NCBI GenBank assembly: GCA_934747805.1
Contig: CAKVHC010000001.1
Coordinates: 22,286 to 86,285 of the forward strand
Direction: 5' to 3'
DNA from: an uncultured Clostridia bacterium
Lineage (GTDB): Bacteria; Bacillota; Clostridia; Christensenellales; UBA1242
DNA: 64,000 nt
Position 1 is the stretch's first letter. Every line of letters begins with the position of its first letter. A model generated the notes under the pieces. That model saw only the letters and a program-made list of their open reading frames with translations, was not told where the DNA came from and searched no databases. The translations under genes and the position numbers were made by a program. This document shows positions 47,113-57,704 of the stretch, piece after piece.

Positions 47113-48798
47113 ATGTTATCTTTATTAAAGATTAAAAATGTAGCATTAATTGACGATTTGACTATTGAGTTTGGCGACAAGCTCAATATCATTTCGGGTG
47201 AAACAGGCTCTGGCAAGAGTATCTTACTCGACTCGCTGGGGCTTTGTTTTGGTGAACGAGCGGACAAAACGCTCATCCGCACAGGCGAGAGTAAAATGCG
47301 TGCCAGTGCATTGTTCACCAACATTTCAGACAAAGCACGAGATTATGTGGTCAATACTCTCGGCATTGAATGTGACGACCAAATCATCCTTGACCGTGAA
47401 TGCGACCAAAACGGAAAGTCTGTGGCACGCATAAATGGTGAGCTAACCACTGTGGCTGGGCTAAAGGCAGTGTCCAGTCTACTCGTTGACCTACACGGCC
47501 AGCACGAGCATCAGGCTATAATCTCGCCTGACTATCAGCTAAACATAATTGACGAGTACGCTGGGCAAAAGGCAAAAGATTTGCTTGTTTCAATCAACTC
47601 GCACATAGACAAGATTGTAGAAGCAAAAACACAAATAGATTCGCTTGGCGGTGATGACGCCCAAAGGGAGTATTTTATCAACCTATATCGCTATCAGATT
47701 GACGAAATTACTCGTGCAAACATTCAGCCAAACGAGCTTGAAGACCTTGTCGTGCTACGCAACAAGATGAACTCTGTTGAGAAGATTGGCAATGCACTCA
47801 CTCAAGCACAGGGTTTGTTGGCTGGTGCGGACGGAGAGAATGCCTGTCAATCAGTCAAGATGGCTGAGCGTGAGCTAACCACCATTGCTCAATACGATTC
47901 TCGCTATGCAGACTTTCATTCAAGGCTGAGCCAAGCGTATTTGGAGTTAAAGGATCTTGCCGGCAGTTTTGGTGAAGAGTTGGAAAACATATATTTCGAT
48001 CAAAACGAGTATGAAAGGATTGACTCACGTATCGACACCATCAAATCCGTGTTCAAAAAATACGGTGGCGACCTTGACGGCGTTGTCAACTATTTGGACG
48101 AAATCACTCTCAAACTAAACAGCCTTGAAAACAGTGGCGAAACGCTCGTTCGCCTGAAGAGTGAAATAGACAAGCACGAAGCCGAAATAGACCGTTTGCA
48201 AAACGAACTCAGCAGCATACGACGTAAATCTGCCGGCGTTTTGGCGGATAAAATTGTGGCAGTTATTCGCACGTTAGGTATGCCTAACGCTCGCATTGAA
48301 ATTGCATTTAGTCACACGCCACAGCCTTACACTCGTCATGGTGCTGACAATGTGGACTTTATGTTCTCAGCTAACAAAGGCTTCGAACCACGCTCTCTTG
48401 CAAAAATTATAAGCGGTGGTGAAATGAGCCGATTTATGCTGGCATACAAGACCGTCGTTGCCGACCTGGACGACATCGGATGCATGATATTCGACGAAAT
48501 TGATTCAGGCATTAGCGGTGACATTGGACAAAAGGTGGCTGTCAATATCCACAACCTTGCAAAAAGCAAACAAGTTATAGCCATAACCCATTTGCCTAGC
48601 ATAGCAAGTTTTGCCAATACTCACCTACGTGTGCAAAAAACGAGTGACGATAAAACCACTCACACAGTTGTTGACATGTTGGATGACAACGGCACTATTA
48701 GCGAAATTGCACGAATGCTTGGCTCAGGACAAACTGACGAAGGCTTGGCTTTGGCTCGCTCGATGCGAACTTCTGCAATGAGTTTTGATAATGATTAA
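47113..48798 (+). CDS. recN: DNA repair protein RecN
   Basis: N-terminal ML..L.IKNVALID.L.IEF...LNIISGETGSGKSI, a long coiled coil and C-terminal SGGE...FDEIDSGISG. Confidence 0.93.
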   Translation: MLSLLKIKNVALIDDLTIEFGDKLNIISGETGSGKSILLDSLGLCFGERADKTLIRTGESKMRASALFTNISDKARDYVVNTLGIECDDQIILDRECDQNGKSVARINGELTTVAGLKAVSSLLVDLHGQHEHQAIISPDYQLNIIDEYAGQKAKDLLVSINSHIDKIVEAKTQIDSLGGDDAQREYFINLYRYQIDEITRANIQPNELEDLVVLRNKMNSVEKIGNALTQAQGLLAGADGENACQSVKMAERELTTIAQYDSRYADFHSRLSQAYLELKDLAGSFGEELENIYFDQNEYERIDSRIDTIKSVFKKYGGDLDGVVNYLDEITLKLNSLENSGETLVRLKSEIDKHEAEIDRLQNELSSIRRKSAGVLADKIVAVIRTLGMPNARIEIAFSHTPQPYTRHGADNVDFMFSANKGFEPRSLAKIISGGEMSRFMLAYKTVVADLDDIGCMIFDEIDSGISGDIGQKVAVNIHNLAKSKQVIAITHLPSIASFANTHLRVQKTSDDKTTHTVVDMLDDNGTISEIARMLGSGQTDEGLALARSMRTSAMSFDND

Positions 48799-48812
48799 CA
48801 TTCATATTTTTA

Positions 48813-50036
48813 ATGAATAACCAAAAGTTTTCTTCAAATACTAATCGTATGAAAAAGAAAATTTTTTTGTATGGGATTCTGCCCTTTTTACTATGCGCAC
48901 TGGCAATCATTGTTGCACCTATAGTGCAGGCGTTTACGATTGACGACGGCATGGTCATCACGGCAGACGAGATTGAGAATGCAAAAATCGGCGTGCTGGA
49001 TTTAGACATAAAGGACACCGACATTTCAGCCAGCACAGGAGATTTGTGTCCAAAAACAGCTACAGTCAAGTTGTTTGGATTTATACCCATTCGCACGGTT
49101 AAAGTCAACTTGCTAGCCAACAAAACGGTTACAGCCGGTGGACAGTTGCTCGGCTTTGACCTACAGTCTGGCGGAGTGGAAATTTTGGGGTTCAACAGTG
49201 TGCTCACTCGTGATGGCGAGAAGAACCCTATTAAAGATATCGGACTTAAGAAACAAGATATCATCACCAAAATAAACGGAAAAGAAGTGAAGACTCTTGA
49301 AGATATCGACCGTATTTTGAATGGCAAAGATAAAGGCAAAGAAGTCCAAATAGACTACACACGTGGCGACAAGACATTTACTGCAGTGGCAATTCCACAA
49401 CGTGATCTGCTCTCCGGCAAATACAAGCTCGGACTTTGGGTCAAAAACAGCACAAACGGCATCGGCACGCTCACATATGTAAAAAGCGACGGACGTTATG
49501 GTGCGGTTGGTCACCCAATAAGTGAAAACAAAGCGTTGCTCGAACACACGCAGTCAGGCGAAGTGTACGACACGCAATTTATCGGAGTGGTTAAGGGCGA
49601 GAAAAACGCTCCCGGCGAGATTAAGGCGACTATAGAATTTAGCAAAGGCGAAATCGGTGACATTGACACCAACAGCAACTATGGTTTGTTTGGACAAATG
49701 GATAAGGGAATTTCAGGCGAACAAGTTACGCTCGGCGGCAGATTTTCTGTCAAACCTGGCACGGCATACATTCGCACTCAAGTCAGCAAGGACGGTGTGA
49801 AAGATTATGAGATAAAAATCATTAAAACCACAAAACAGAAAAAAGCCAGTGAAAAAAGCATTGTCTTTAAAGTGGTGGACAAAGATCTTTTATCTCTTAC
49901 CAACGGAATCGTTCAAGGAATGAGCGGCAGTCCTATCATCCAAGACGGCAAAATGGTCGGCTCGGTGACACACGTATTCTTAAACGATCCGACACATGGC
50001 TACGGCGTCTACATAGATTGGATGATAGAGCAATAG
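48813..50036 (+). CDS. spoIVB: SpoIVB peptidase (S55) with PDZ domain
   Basis: PDZ segment (DIITKINGKEVKTLEDI), catalytic region GMSGSPIIQDGKMVGSVTHV, and a position after recN as in Bacillus. The exact start is uncertain. Confidence 0.85.
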   Translation: MNNQKFSSNTNRMKKKIFLYGILPFLLCALAIIVAPIVQAFTIDDGMVITADEIENAKIGVLDLDIKDTDISASTGDLCPKTATVKLFGFIPIRTVKVNLLANKTVTAGGQLLGFDLQSGGVEILGFNSVLTRDGEKNPIKDIGLKKQDIITKINGKEVKTLEDIDRILNGKDKGKEVQIDYTRGDKTFTAVAIPQRDLLSGKYKLGLWVKNSTNGIGTLTYVKSDGRYGAVGHPISENKALLEHTQSGEVYDTQFIGVVKGEKNAPGEIKATIEFSKGEIGDIDTNSNYGLFGQMDKGISGEQVTLGGRFSVKPGTAYIRTQVSKDGVKDYEIKIIKTTKQKKASEKSIVFKVVDKDLLSLTNGIVQGMSGSPIIQDGKMVGSVTHVFLNDPTHGYGVYIDWMIEQ

Positions 50037-50082
50037 AAATGTTTAGCACAAGAGTAGCCATTTGTAAATAGCAAAAAATGCA

Positions 50083-51249
50083 CTATTTGTGCATTTCTTT
50101 TATTCTTGACATTATGTCACTCTTTTTGCTGACCCCTAGCAAAACTTTGATAAGGTCGGAAATATTGTTAAGCCCTTCAAACTCACCCAAATATTTTCCG
50201 CCTGCCATGCTTGGTGAATATATTGCAAAAGGCAAAAATTCACGTGAGTGATTGGTGCTGGCAGTGTAAGGGTCGTTGCCATGATCGGCGGTGACTATCA
50301 GCACATCGTCGTCATTGAGCTTTGGCATAAAGTCTTTTAAGAAATGGTCTATGCCATATAAACACTCTTTAAAACCATCAATGTCGTTGCGGTGGCCGTA
50401 CAAAATGTCCGTATCGCCGAAGTTGGCAAAGCACAAGCCTGTCCAGTCGTCTTTCACAGCTTCATTGAGCGAATCAAAACATTGCTGGTTAGTTTTTGCC
50501 ACATACGCCGTTGTAAATCCTTGCTCGGCAAACAACTCGTTAACCTTGCCTACGCTTATTGTCTGGAAGTTTTTGTTCGCCAATGCATTGACAAGATTAT
50601 TCTTTGGTGGGTCAAGCGACCAGTCACGTCTGTCTTTGGTGAAATAGTAATTATCTTTTATGCCAGCGAATGGGCGTGCGATGATTCTACAAATCTTATA
50701 TTTTGCAGGCAAATTTTCACGAATGTAATTGCAAGCATAATACAATTCTTCTAGGCTATACACTGCGCCGTGACATGCGATTTGCAAGCAGCTATCTGTA
50801 TTGGTGAACACGATCGGAAAACCTGTTGCGAAATGACGATCGCCGTAATCACGAATGGCTCGAATGTCGCCATAACTTTTGTTCAGCAAAATCTGCTCGC
50901 ATCCAAATGCTTTGCATATTATGTCTGTAATTTCTTCTGGGAAGCCGAGTGTGAAACGGTCATAGTTTTGTTTGGTCACGCAACCTGCGATCTCCCAATG
51001 TCCCATACTACTATCCTTGCCCACAGAAAGCGGACTGATGAGTGCATAATCTGCCAAAACGTTCATCCCATTGTCCATGTCTATGGTTGGCAAATGCATA
51101 AATCCAAGTTTGCGTATGGTTGGCAAGTATGCGTTGGTCTCTTGCAAAATGTGGCTCAAAGTGTTCGAGCCGATGTCTTCTATGAACTGACGGTCGTTGT
51201 TAAAACCCACACCGAGTCCGTCGATAACCAATAAAAATACTCTTTTCAT
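50083..51249 (-). CDS. deoB: Phosphopentomutase
   Basis: MKRVFLLVIDGLGVG..., ...VTADHGNDP... metalloenzyme-superfamily motifs and typical length. Confidence 0.9.
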   Translation of the reverse strand: MKRVFLLVIDGLGVGFNNDRQFIEDIGSNTLSHILQETNAYLPTIRKLGFMHLPTIDMDNGMNVLADYALISPLSVGKDSSMGHWEIAGCVTKQNYDRFTLGFPEEITDIICKAFGCEQILLNKSYGDIRAIRDYGDRHFATGFPIVFTNTDSCLQIACHGAVYSLEELYYACNYIRENLPAKYKICRIIARPFAGIKDNYYFTKDRRDWSLDPPKNNLVNALANKNFQTISVGKVNELFAEQGFTTAYVAKTNQQCFDSLNEAVKDDWTGLCFANFGDTDILYGHRNDIDGFKECLYGIDHFLKDFMPKLNDDDVLIVTADHGNDPYTASTNHSREFLPFAIYSPSMAGGKYLGEFEGLNNISDLIKVLLGVSKKSDIMSRIKEMHK

Positions 51250-51288
51250 AATTTTATTATAACTAAATACGACAAAAAATGCTAATAT

Positions 51289-51975
51289 TTACGCTATAAT
51301 TATGATAAAAAGTTTGATAATTGATAACAATATTAGCTCGACAAATGCAAGTGCACACAATACGACCAGCCAGACCCAAACGTTATTGTCGCAGTGGTTT
51401 ACTCGTTTGTCTACATAACTAAACAGCAATATGGAGAACACCGCCATATAAAGTAGTGAAAAAGCAACCAACACTAATATGAGCAAAAACACATTAAAGA
51501 ATCCATACACAGTTATGAATGCAAAAATGTTGATTGAGAATATATAACACCCATACCAAAATATAAAGCAAGACAAAATTATTAAAAACTTGTTTATGTA
51601 ACATAGATACGCAAGTGCAAATATGAGTGCACTGAACAATAGACTTTGCAACAATGCACTGAAGAAACTCATCTCGCCCAGTACAAAGCCCACGAAGTAA
51701 AACTCCCCAAAATTGTTCGGCTTACAATCCTTGCCAAAATTGAGAATGGTGAACGCTCCTGCAACAAAGAAAATAAGGCTAACTGCAAAAACGCCAATTA
51801 GCCACCATTTGTATTTTTTAAATATTGAATCATTGCTCAATGAATATTTTAACTTTTGCATATAATAATATATGCTTGACTGATGAATAAATGAACTTTG
51901 TCGCATTTTGTCAAAGGATTGCAAAATATCTAGCATAGTTGTACACGGTTTTGTACAATAATGTGAAATCTTCAA
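51289..51975 (-). CDS. Multi-pass membrane protein (possibly SpoIIM-like; start uncertain)
   Basis: Five or six hydrophobic helices. No motif I can name with confidence. Confidence 0.4.
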   Translation of the reverse strand: MKISHYCTKPCTTMLDILQSFDKMRQSSFIHQSSIYYYMQKLKYSLSNDSIFKKYKWWLIGVFAVSLIFFVAGAFTILNFGKDCKPNNFGEFYFVGFVLGEMSFFSALLQSLLFSALIFALAYLCYINKFLIILSCFIFWYGCYIFSINIFAFITVYGFFNVFLLILVLVAFSLLYMAVFSILLFSYVDKRVNHCDNNVWVWLVVLCALAFVELILLSIIKLFIIIIA

Positions 51976-52047
51976 AATATTAAATAGTTTTGTAAAATAC
52001 TTGTCATTCCAAAAGTTTTATTGTATTATAAATTTAGGTGGATAAGA

Positions 52048-52419
52048 ATGGTGTCAAAGGTAGGAACGTACACGATTGAGCGCACAGAACAGCATAACAA
52101 CGAAATAGTCGGTGCTTTGCTAAAAGAATTTGGGTTGAATGAAAAAAATATAGGGTACAAATACATCTGGGACATTGTTAGCCTTGGTGTCAATGCCAGT
52201 GATCTTGACACGTTTGAGTGGGACATCTACGCTCACATAGCCAACAAGTATGGTCAGAATTACAAAGCAATCGAGATTAATATTCGACGTGCCATTATGC
52301 TCGCTTGGGACAAAAACTCCAATCGACTTTCCTCACTTCTTTCTTTAGACAAAAACAAGCGACCTTGCAACAAAAGTTTTTTATCGGCTGTAAGTGAACT
52401 ATTAAAAAGAAATATTTAG
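52048..52419 (+). CDS. Stand-alone Spo0A C-terminal (DNA-binding) domain protein without a receiver domain
   Basis: NIGYKYIWDIV, IANKYGQNYKAIEINIRRAIMLAWDKN and RPCNKSFLSAVSELL are collinear with the B. subtilis Spo0A effector domain as I recall it. It has its own promoter (TTGTCA-17-TATTAT, 52001-52029) and SD AGGTGG. Confidence 0.75.
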   Translation: MVSKVGTYTIERTEQHNNEIVGALLKEFGLNEKNIGYKYIWDIVSLGVNASDLDTFEWDIYAHIANKYGQNYKAIEINIRRAIMLAWDKNSNRLSSLLSLDKNKRPCNKSFLSAVSELLKRNI

Positions 52420-52465
52420 TGAATAAATAAAATAATAATACAAACACTAGTTTCAGGAGAAAACT

Positions 52466-53620
52466 ATGAAAAAAGTGTTTGTATTTTTAATAACTTTAGG
52501 CATACTTTTCGGTGCACTATTTTCCTGTTCACTGCAAGCTTACGCTTATGAAAAGAACTTTGCTTGCGACATCAACGTCAAGTGTAGCATATTGACAGAC
52601 GGTACAGGCAAAGTTGTTTTGTACGAAAACAATGCAGACGAAAAGCGACCAGTTGCATCAATAGTCAAACTTATGACAATATACATCACCCTACAAGAGA
52701 TTGAGAAAGGCAACCTGGCCTATGACGAAATTCTCACGGTTAGCGAAACCGCAGCTGGCATGGGTGGTTCACAGGTATTCTTGGATGCTGGCAGTCAGCA
52801 CACAGTAGAAAGCCTGCTAAAGAGTGTCATTATAGCCAGTGCCAACGACAGCAGCGTTGTGTTAGCAGAAAGAATCGCTGGCAGCGTGCCTTCATTCGTA
52901 AATCGTATGAACGAAACGGCGAAAGAGATTGGCATGACCAACACGAATTATGTGAATGTCAATGGATTGCCTGCACCTGAGCAATACAGCAGTGCACGTG
53001 ACACAGCACTTCTTATGGCACACGTTGCGAAGTATGACAAATTTAGAGAATTTTCTAAGATATGGATGGAAGATTTTGTCCATCCAACAGGACGTACAAC
53101 TCAAATGGCCAACACAAACAAATTGATCCGTTCGTATCCTGCTGTAGACTGCGGCAAAACTGGTTCAACTGTGGAAGCTGGCTATTGCTTCACCACTCGT
53201 GCAACTCAAGGTAATTTATCTTTGATCGCAGTCGTGTTAAAAGCGGAAAACTCAAAAGAGCGTTTCGCATACACTCGTCAATTGCTTGACTTCGGTTTTG
53301 CGAACTTTGACGCAACTCCAGTGGTGACCGACAACGATTTGTCCAACCACAAAGTCAGCGTTGCGTACACCAACACCAACCTGCCTATTGAACTGAGCGA
53401 AAACTACACACAAGTCTGTGCTAAGGGTGAAAAAGTGGAGAGCGAACTCAAATTCGACCTGCCAGAAATGGTTCGTTCAGCACGTAAGGGCGACAAAATA
53501 GGCAGCGTGGAAATATGGCAAAACGGTGAACTCGTAAAGACAATTGACGTAAAAGCAAAAGAAACCGTCAAAGGCGCAAGCTATATTGACAACCTAAAGA
53601 GTTTGTTCGCCAAGTTTTAA
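52466..53620 (+). CDS. D-alanyl-D-alanine carboxypeptidase (S11, DacB/DacF-like)
   Basis: Signal peptide plus SIVK (SxxK), SANDS (SxN) and KTGST (KTG) motifs. Confidence 0.85.
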   Translation: MKKVFVFLITLGILFGALFSCSLQAYAYEKNFACDINVKCSILTDGTGKVVLYENNADEKRPVASIVKLMTIYITLQEIEKGNLAYDEILTVSETAAGMGGSQVFLDAGSQHTVESLLKSVIIASANDSSVVLAERIAGSVPSFVNRMNETAKEIGMTNTNYVNVNGLPAPEQYSSARDTALLMAHVAKYDKFREFSKIWMEDFVHPTGRTTQMANTNKLIRSYPAVDCGKTGSTVEAGYCFTTRATQGNLSLIAVVLKAENSKERFAYTRQLLDFGFANFDATPVVTDNDLSNHKVSVAYTNTNLPIELSENYTQVCAKGEKVESELKFDLPEMVRSARKGDKIGSVEIWQNGELVKTIDVKAKETVKGASYIDNLKSLFAKF

Positions 53621-53988
53621 TTTGTAAACAAAAGCACAAAGCAAAAGCCTTGTGCTTTTTTGTTGTTCAATCTTGGAACTATAAACTATATTTGTAGATT
53701 GTTCATAAAAAATTGTTGTTCAATTTCTGTCGCTCACACCACAGGTAAAACTAGCAAATATTTTAATCGGCACTGTGTAATTAATGTTGGATGAAAAGAC
53801 TAATTGCTCAACTATCAAAACATATATGTTTGACAGCCAAAAAAATATTAGATATAATGAAATCGTAATTATTCGACATAAGACGAAGATAAATAAGTTT
53901 ATTGATTACGCTGAAGTCACTCCGACCGCTAGCAATCGACAGGGGCGTATACTGTGGGCGTATCTTTCCAAACTAAATATAGGTAATT

Positions 53989-55119
53989 ATGATAGAGATT
54001 TCAGAAGTAAAGACTAAAAAACAGATTAAAGAATTCATTGAGTTTCCATTAAAACTATATAAAGGAAATCCGTATTTCGTGCCACCACTTTATATGGAAG
54101 AGCGAAATATGTTTAAGCCAAATTTTGCCTACATTGACCAATGCGAGCATGTGTTTTACAACGCCTATCGTGATGGTAAAATGGTGGGACGTATAAGCGG
54201 CATTTTGCAGCGTGCCAGCAACGAAAAGTGGAAGCAGAAACGTGTGCGTTTCACTCGCTTTGATTGCATCAATGACGTCGAGGTGGCGAAAGCTTTGTTT
54301 AGTGCGGTTGAAGACTGGGCAAAGGCCAAAGGAATGACTGAAGTTGTTGGTCCGTTGGGATACAGCGACCTTGAAAGAGAGGGGCTGTTGATCGAAGGCT
54401 TTGACCAGCTTTCCACATTTGAAGAGCAATACAACTTCGACTATTATCCGCAACTCATCGAATCGCTGGGGTTTGTGAAAGAGGTGGACTGGATTGAGTC
54501 AAAACTAAAACTGCCTAAACAAGAAGATGACCGTCTGAAACGAATGAGCGAACTCATCATGAAGCGATACAAACTGCACCTTGACTACAGCAAAAACACT
54601 AAGCAGTTCTTGAAAAACTATGCGGACGACTTTTTCGAAATTTTGGATATCACATACAATGATATTTACGGCACAGTGCCAATGACTGACCGTATGAAAA
54701 AAATGATGATTAGCAATTTCAAACTTATGATTGACCCTAGATTCGTGGCGGTCATTCTGGACGAAAACGGCAAAGCCGTATGCTTTGGCCTATGCTTGCC
54801 ATCCATCGCAAAAGCCGTGCAAAAGTCCGGCGGTCGACTCACATTGCCAACAATTTTCAAACTGCTCAGAGCCATCAAGCATCCACGCATTCTCGACCTC
54901 GCACTGATTGGCGTGTTGCCAGAGTATGCAAAGAAAGGTGTTAGCAGCGTGCTGCTGTATGAGATGACCAACATTCTACGCCGTGAAAAGATTGAGTACG
55001 CCGAGACCAACCTAAATCTCGAAAACAATCTTGACATCCGCAATATGTGGAAGAACTTTGACACCGTGGAACACAAGCGTCGCCGTTGCTACGTTAAGCC
55101 GATTGAGAATAAAAGATAA
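53989..55119 (+). CDS. GNAT-superfamily N-acetyltransferase-like protein (376 aa)
   Basis: Conserved-looking two-domain protein. The C-terminal LALIGVLPEYAKKGVSSVLL resembles a GNAT acetyl-CoA binding region. Confidence 0.55.
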   Translation: MIEISEVKTKKQIKEFIEFPLKLYKGNPYFVPPLYMEERNMFKPNFAYIDQCEHVFYNAYRDGKMVGRISGILQRASNEKWKQKRVRFTRFDCINDVEVAKALFSAVEDWAKAKGMTEVVGPLGYSDLEREGLLIEGFDQLSTFEEQYNFDYYPQLIESLGFVKEVDWIESKLKLPKQEDDRLKRMSELIMKRYKLHLDYSKNTKQFLKNYADDFFEILDITYNDIYGTVPMTDRMKKMMISNFKLMIDPRFVAVILDENGKAVCFGLCLPSIAKAVQKSGGRLTLPTIFKLLRAIKHPRILDLALIGVLPEYAKKGVSSVLLYEMTNILRREKIEYAETNLNLENNLDIRNMWKNFDTVEHKRRRCYVKPIENKR

Positions 55120-55215
55120 TTTGAAACAGCGTAACGCCAAAATATCATAAAATCAAAAAAAACTAGGGTTATTGTCCTAGTTTTTTATGATTCTAATCTC
55201 AGACATCCTTTAGTT

Positions 55216-56229
55216 TTACAAATCGATTGTAGGCTTTGGAGCGAGTTTGTAGTCAGCAAATGGTTTGCCTTGTTTCACTGCAAAGTATGCTGACGAACCT
55301 ATCATTGCTGCGTTGTCTGTGCAATAAATGAGTTCAGGGTAGAACACCTGTATATTTTCTTTCTTTGCCAACTCGTCCAGGCGCATGCGCAAAGCTCGGT
55401 TGGCGGACACGCCACCTGCCAGCACGAGTTTGTTGAGTCCGGTTTGCTTGCAAGCGAGAATTGCCTTGTTTGTTAGGTCGTCGACCACCCAGTTTTGAAA
55501 GCTGGCACATACGTCATGTGGATCGGGCTTTTCGCCACGCTGCTCAAGTGTGTGCAGATAGTTAATTACAGCGGTCTTCTTGCCACTGAAACTGAAATTT
55601 AATCCTAGATTGTCCGTGTGGTGACGAGTAAATTCAATATTGTCTTTTCCGCCCTCTGCCGTTTTTTGAACGGCTGGACCGCCCGGATAACCAAGCCCAA
55701 GAAGTCTGCTGACCTTATCAAACGCCTCGCCCACTGCGTCGTCGAGCGTCGAACCTAAAAGTTCGTGATGATTGTAGCCATCCACTTTCACGAGTGCAGT
55801 GTGCCCGCCACTGACGAGCAGACAAACAAAAGGCGGAGTAAGTTCTTTGTGCGTGATATAGTTGGCTGCGATGTGTCCTTCGATATGATTGACCGCAATA
55901 AGCGGAATGCCAGTCGCAAATGATAATGCTTTGGCATAACTTATGCCCACCAAAAGACTGCCTATCAGCCCAGCACCTTGCGTCACAGCTATGGCGTCAA
56001 TGTCCTTCAATGTTAAACCGGCATCGGCGAGAGCCTTTTTTGCCACATTGTCTATGGCAGAGATATGGTTGCGGCTGGCAATTTCTGGCACAACTCCGCC
56101 GAAACGTGTGTGTATGTCGATTTGACTGGAAATTACGCACGACAAAACCTGTCGACCGTCACGAACGACAGCGACCGATGTGTCATCACAACTTGATTCA
56201 ATTGCTAAAATTGTATAATTCTTCTTCAT
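55216..56229 (-). CDS. tsaD: tRNA N6-adenosine threonylcarbamoyltransferase
   Basis: ILAIESSCDDTSVAV..., HIEGHI, LLVSGGHT and typical Kae1/TsaD length. Confidence 0.93.
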   Translation of the reverse strand: MKKNYTILAIESSCDDTSVAVVRDGRQVLSCVISSQIDIHTRFGGVVPEIASRNHISAIDNVAKKALADAGLTLKDIDAIAVTQGAGLIGSLLVGISYAKALSFATGIPLIAVNHIEGHIAANYITHKELTPPFVCLLVSGGHTALVKVDGYNHHELLGSTLDDAVGEAFDKVSRLLGLGYPGGPAVQKTAEGGKDNIEFTRHHTDNLGLNFSFSGKKTAVINYLHTLEQRGEKPDPHDVCASFQNWVVDDLTNKAILACKQTGLNKLVLAGGVSANRALRMRLDELAKKENIQVFYPELIYCTDNAAMIGSSAYFAVKQGKPFADYKLAPKPTIDL

Positions 56230-57330
56230 TAACTTTTTAACGCTTTTAAATATTCGTCGATAAACGGCTCAATGTCGCCATTCATCACAGCTTGCACGTC
56301 ACTTGTTTCGTAATCTGTGCGGTGATCCTTCACCATTGTGTAAGGCTGGAAGACGTAAGAGCGGATCTGACTGCCCCATTCAATTTTCTTCAAACTGCCC
56401 TGAATTTGTTTGAGTTCTTTCGCACGTTTTTCTTCTTCGAGTGCAAGCAATTTGGCTGACAAAATTTTGATCGCCATTTCTTTATTTTGGATTTGCGAAC
56501 GCTCATTCTGACAGGTGACAACAATGCCTGTTGGCAAGTGCGTTATGCGAATGGCACTTTCCGTCTTGTTGATATGCTGTCCGCCTGCTCCGCCACTGCG
56601 ATATGTGTCAATCTTGAGTTCGTCAGGATTGATCTTGACGTTGCACTCGTCATTCACTTCTGGAATCACGTCCACACTGGCAAAACTTGTGTGTCGTCTA
56701 GCCTCACTGTCAAACGGCGAAATTCGTACAAGACGATGAACACCTTTTTCGCATTTGAACTTACCATAAGCATTCTCACCCGATACGATAAATGTAATCG
56801 ACTTTGTGCCAGCATCATTGCCTTCCACACGATCGACCACCGTAAAGTCGTAGTCCGATTTGTTGCAATACATGGTGTACATACGATATAGCATATCCAC
56901 CCAGTCTTGTGCTTCAGTTCCGCCTGCACCTGCGTGAATGGTCACGATAGCATTGAAGTCGTCATATTTTTCATTCAAAAGAGTGCGAATCTTCAACGCA
57001 TCCAGTTCTTTGTCTAGTGCAATAATCTCTTCGTAGGTCTCGTCCACAATCGCAGACTCTCGCCCTTCGTCGCACAACTCTTTCATCACAATTAAATCTC
57101 CGATCTTTGACTTAATTGCATCCACCTTGGCAAATAGTTTCTGGATCTCTTTTATTTGACGGTTGGTGCTTTTTGCCCTATCCATATTAGACCAAAAGTT
57201 AGGCGATTCACGCTCAGCAATAAGCCTATCTAACTCTGCTTGCTTCTTGTCTAAGTCAAAGACACTCCTTAATGTATTCAAAGTTCTGTGTCAATTCCAC
57301 AATCTGTTCTTCAATGTTGTCAAATGTCAT
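56229..57330 (-). CDS. prfB: Peptide chain release factor 2, with programmed +1 frameshift
   Basis: A 24-codon frame-0 segment (MTFDNIEEQIVELTQNFEYIKECL) ends in CTT-TGA-C at 57261-57255, preceded by AAGGAG. The +1 frame continues DLDKKQAELDRL... and contains the GGQ motif (SGGAGGQHINK). Confidence 0.93.
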
Positions 57331-57704
57331 AGTACACCTCGCAAATATTATATAACATATTCACCAAAACGCAAAATGTTTGTAGTCATTTCGTCCACCT
57401 AAACTTACAAATAATTTAACACCACATTAAATATCTGTCGCTACCGAAACACTTTTTCGTCTAATATTCTCTGTAAAAAATATTTGCACTTGATTAATTC
57501 ATTGTTGAACCCTTTGTGAATGCACAGTGACCGATATTATCAATAAAAAAAATTGCAATTGAATGATTATTAAATGACTATCTTTATGAATACTCCGTGA
57601 GCGCCGATATAATAGGTATAGATAATTAAAAAAGAGTTTAGCGATGAATGATTATTAAATGAATGCTAAACTCTTTTTTCTTACCTATTACTTTATCAAG
57701 CGAA

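Noticed and set aside
53784-54017. A 77-aa plus-strand ORF overlaps the start of the GNAT-like gene.
   Set aside because: It has no SD, an implausible low-complexity translation, and overlaps the better-supported 53989-55119 CDS.
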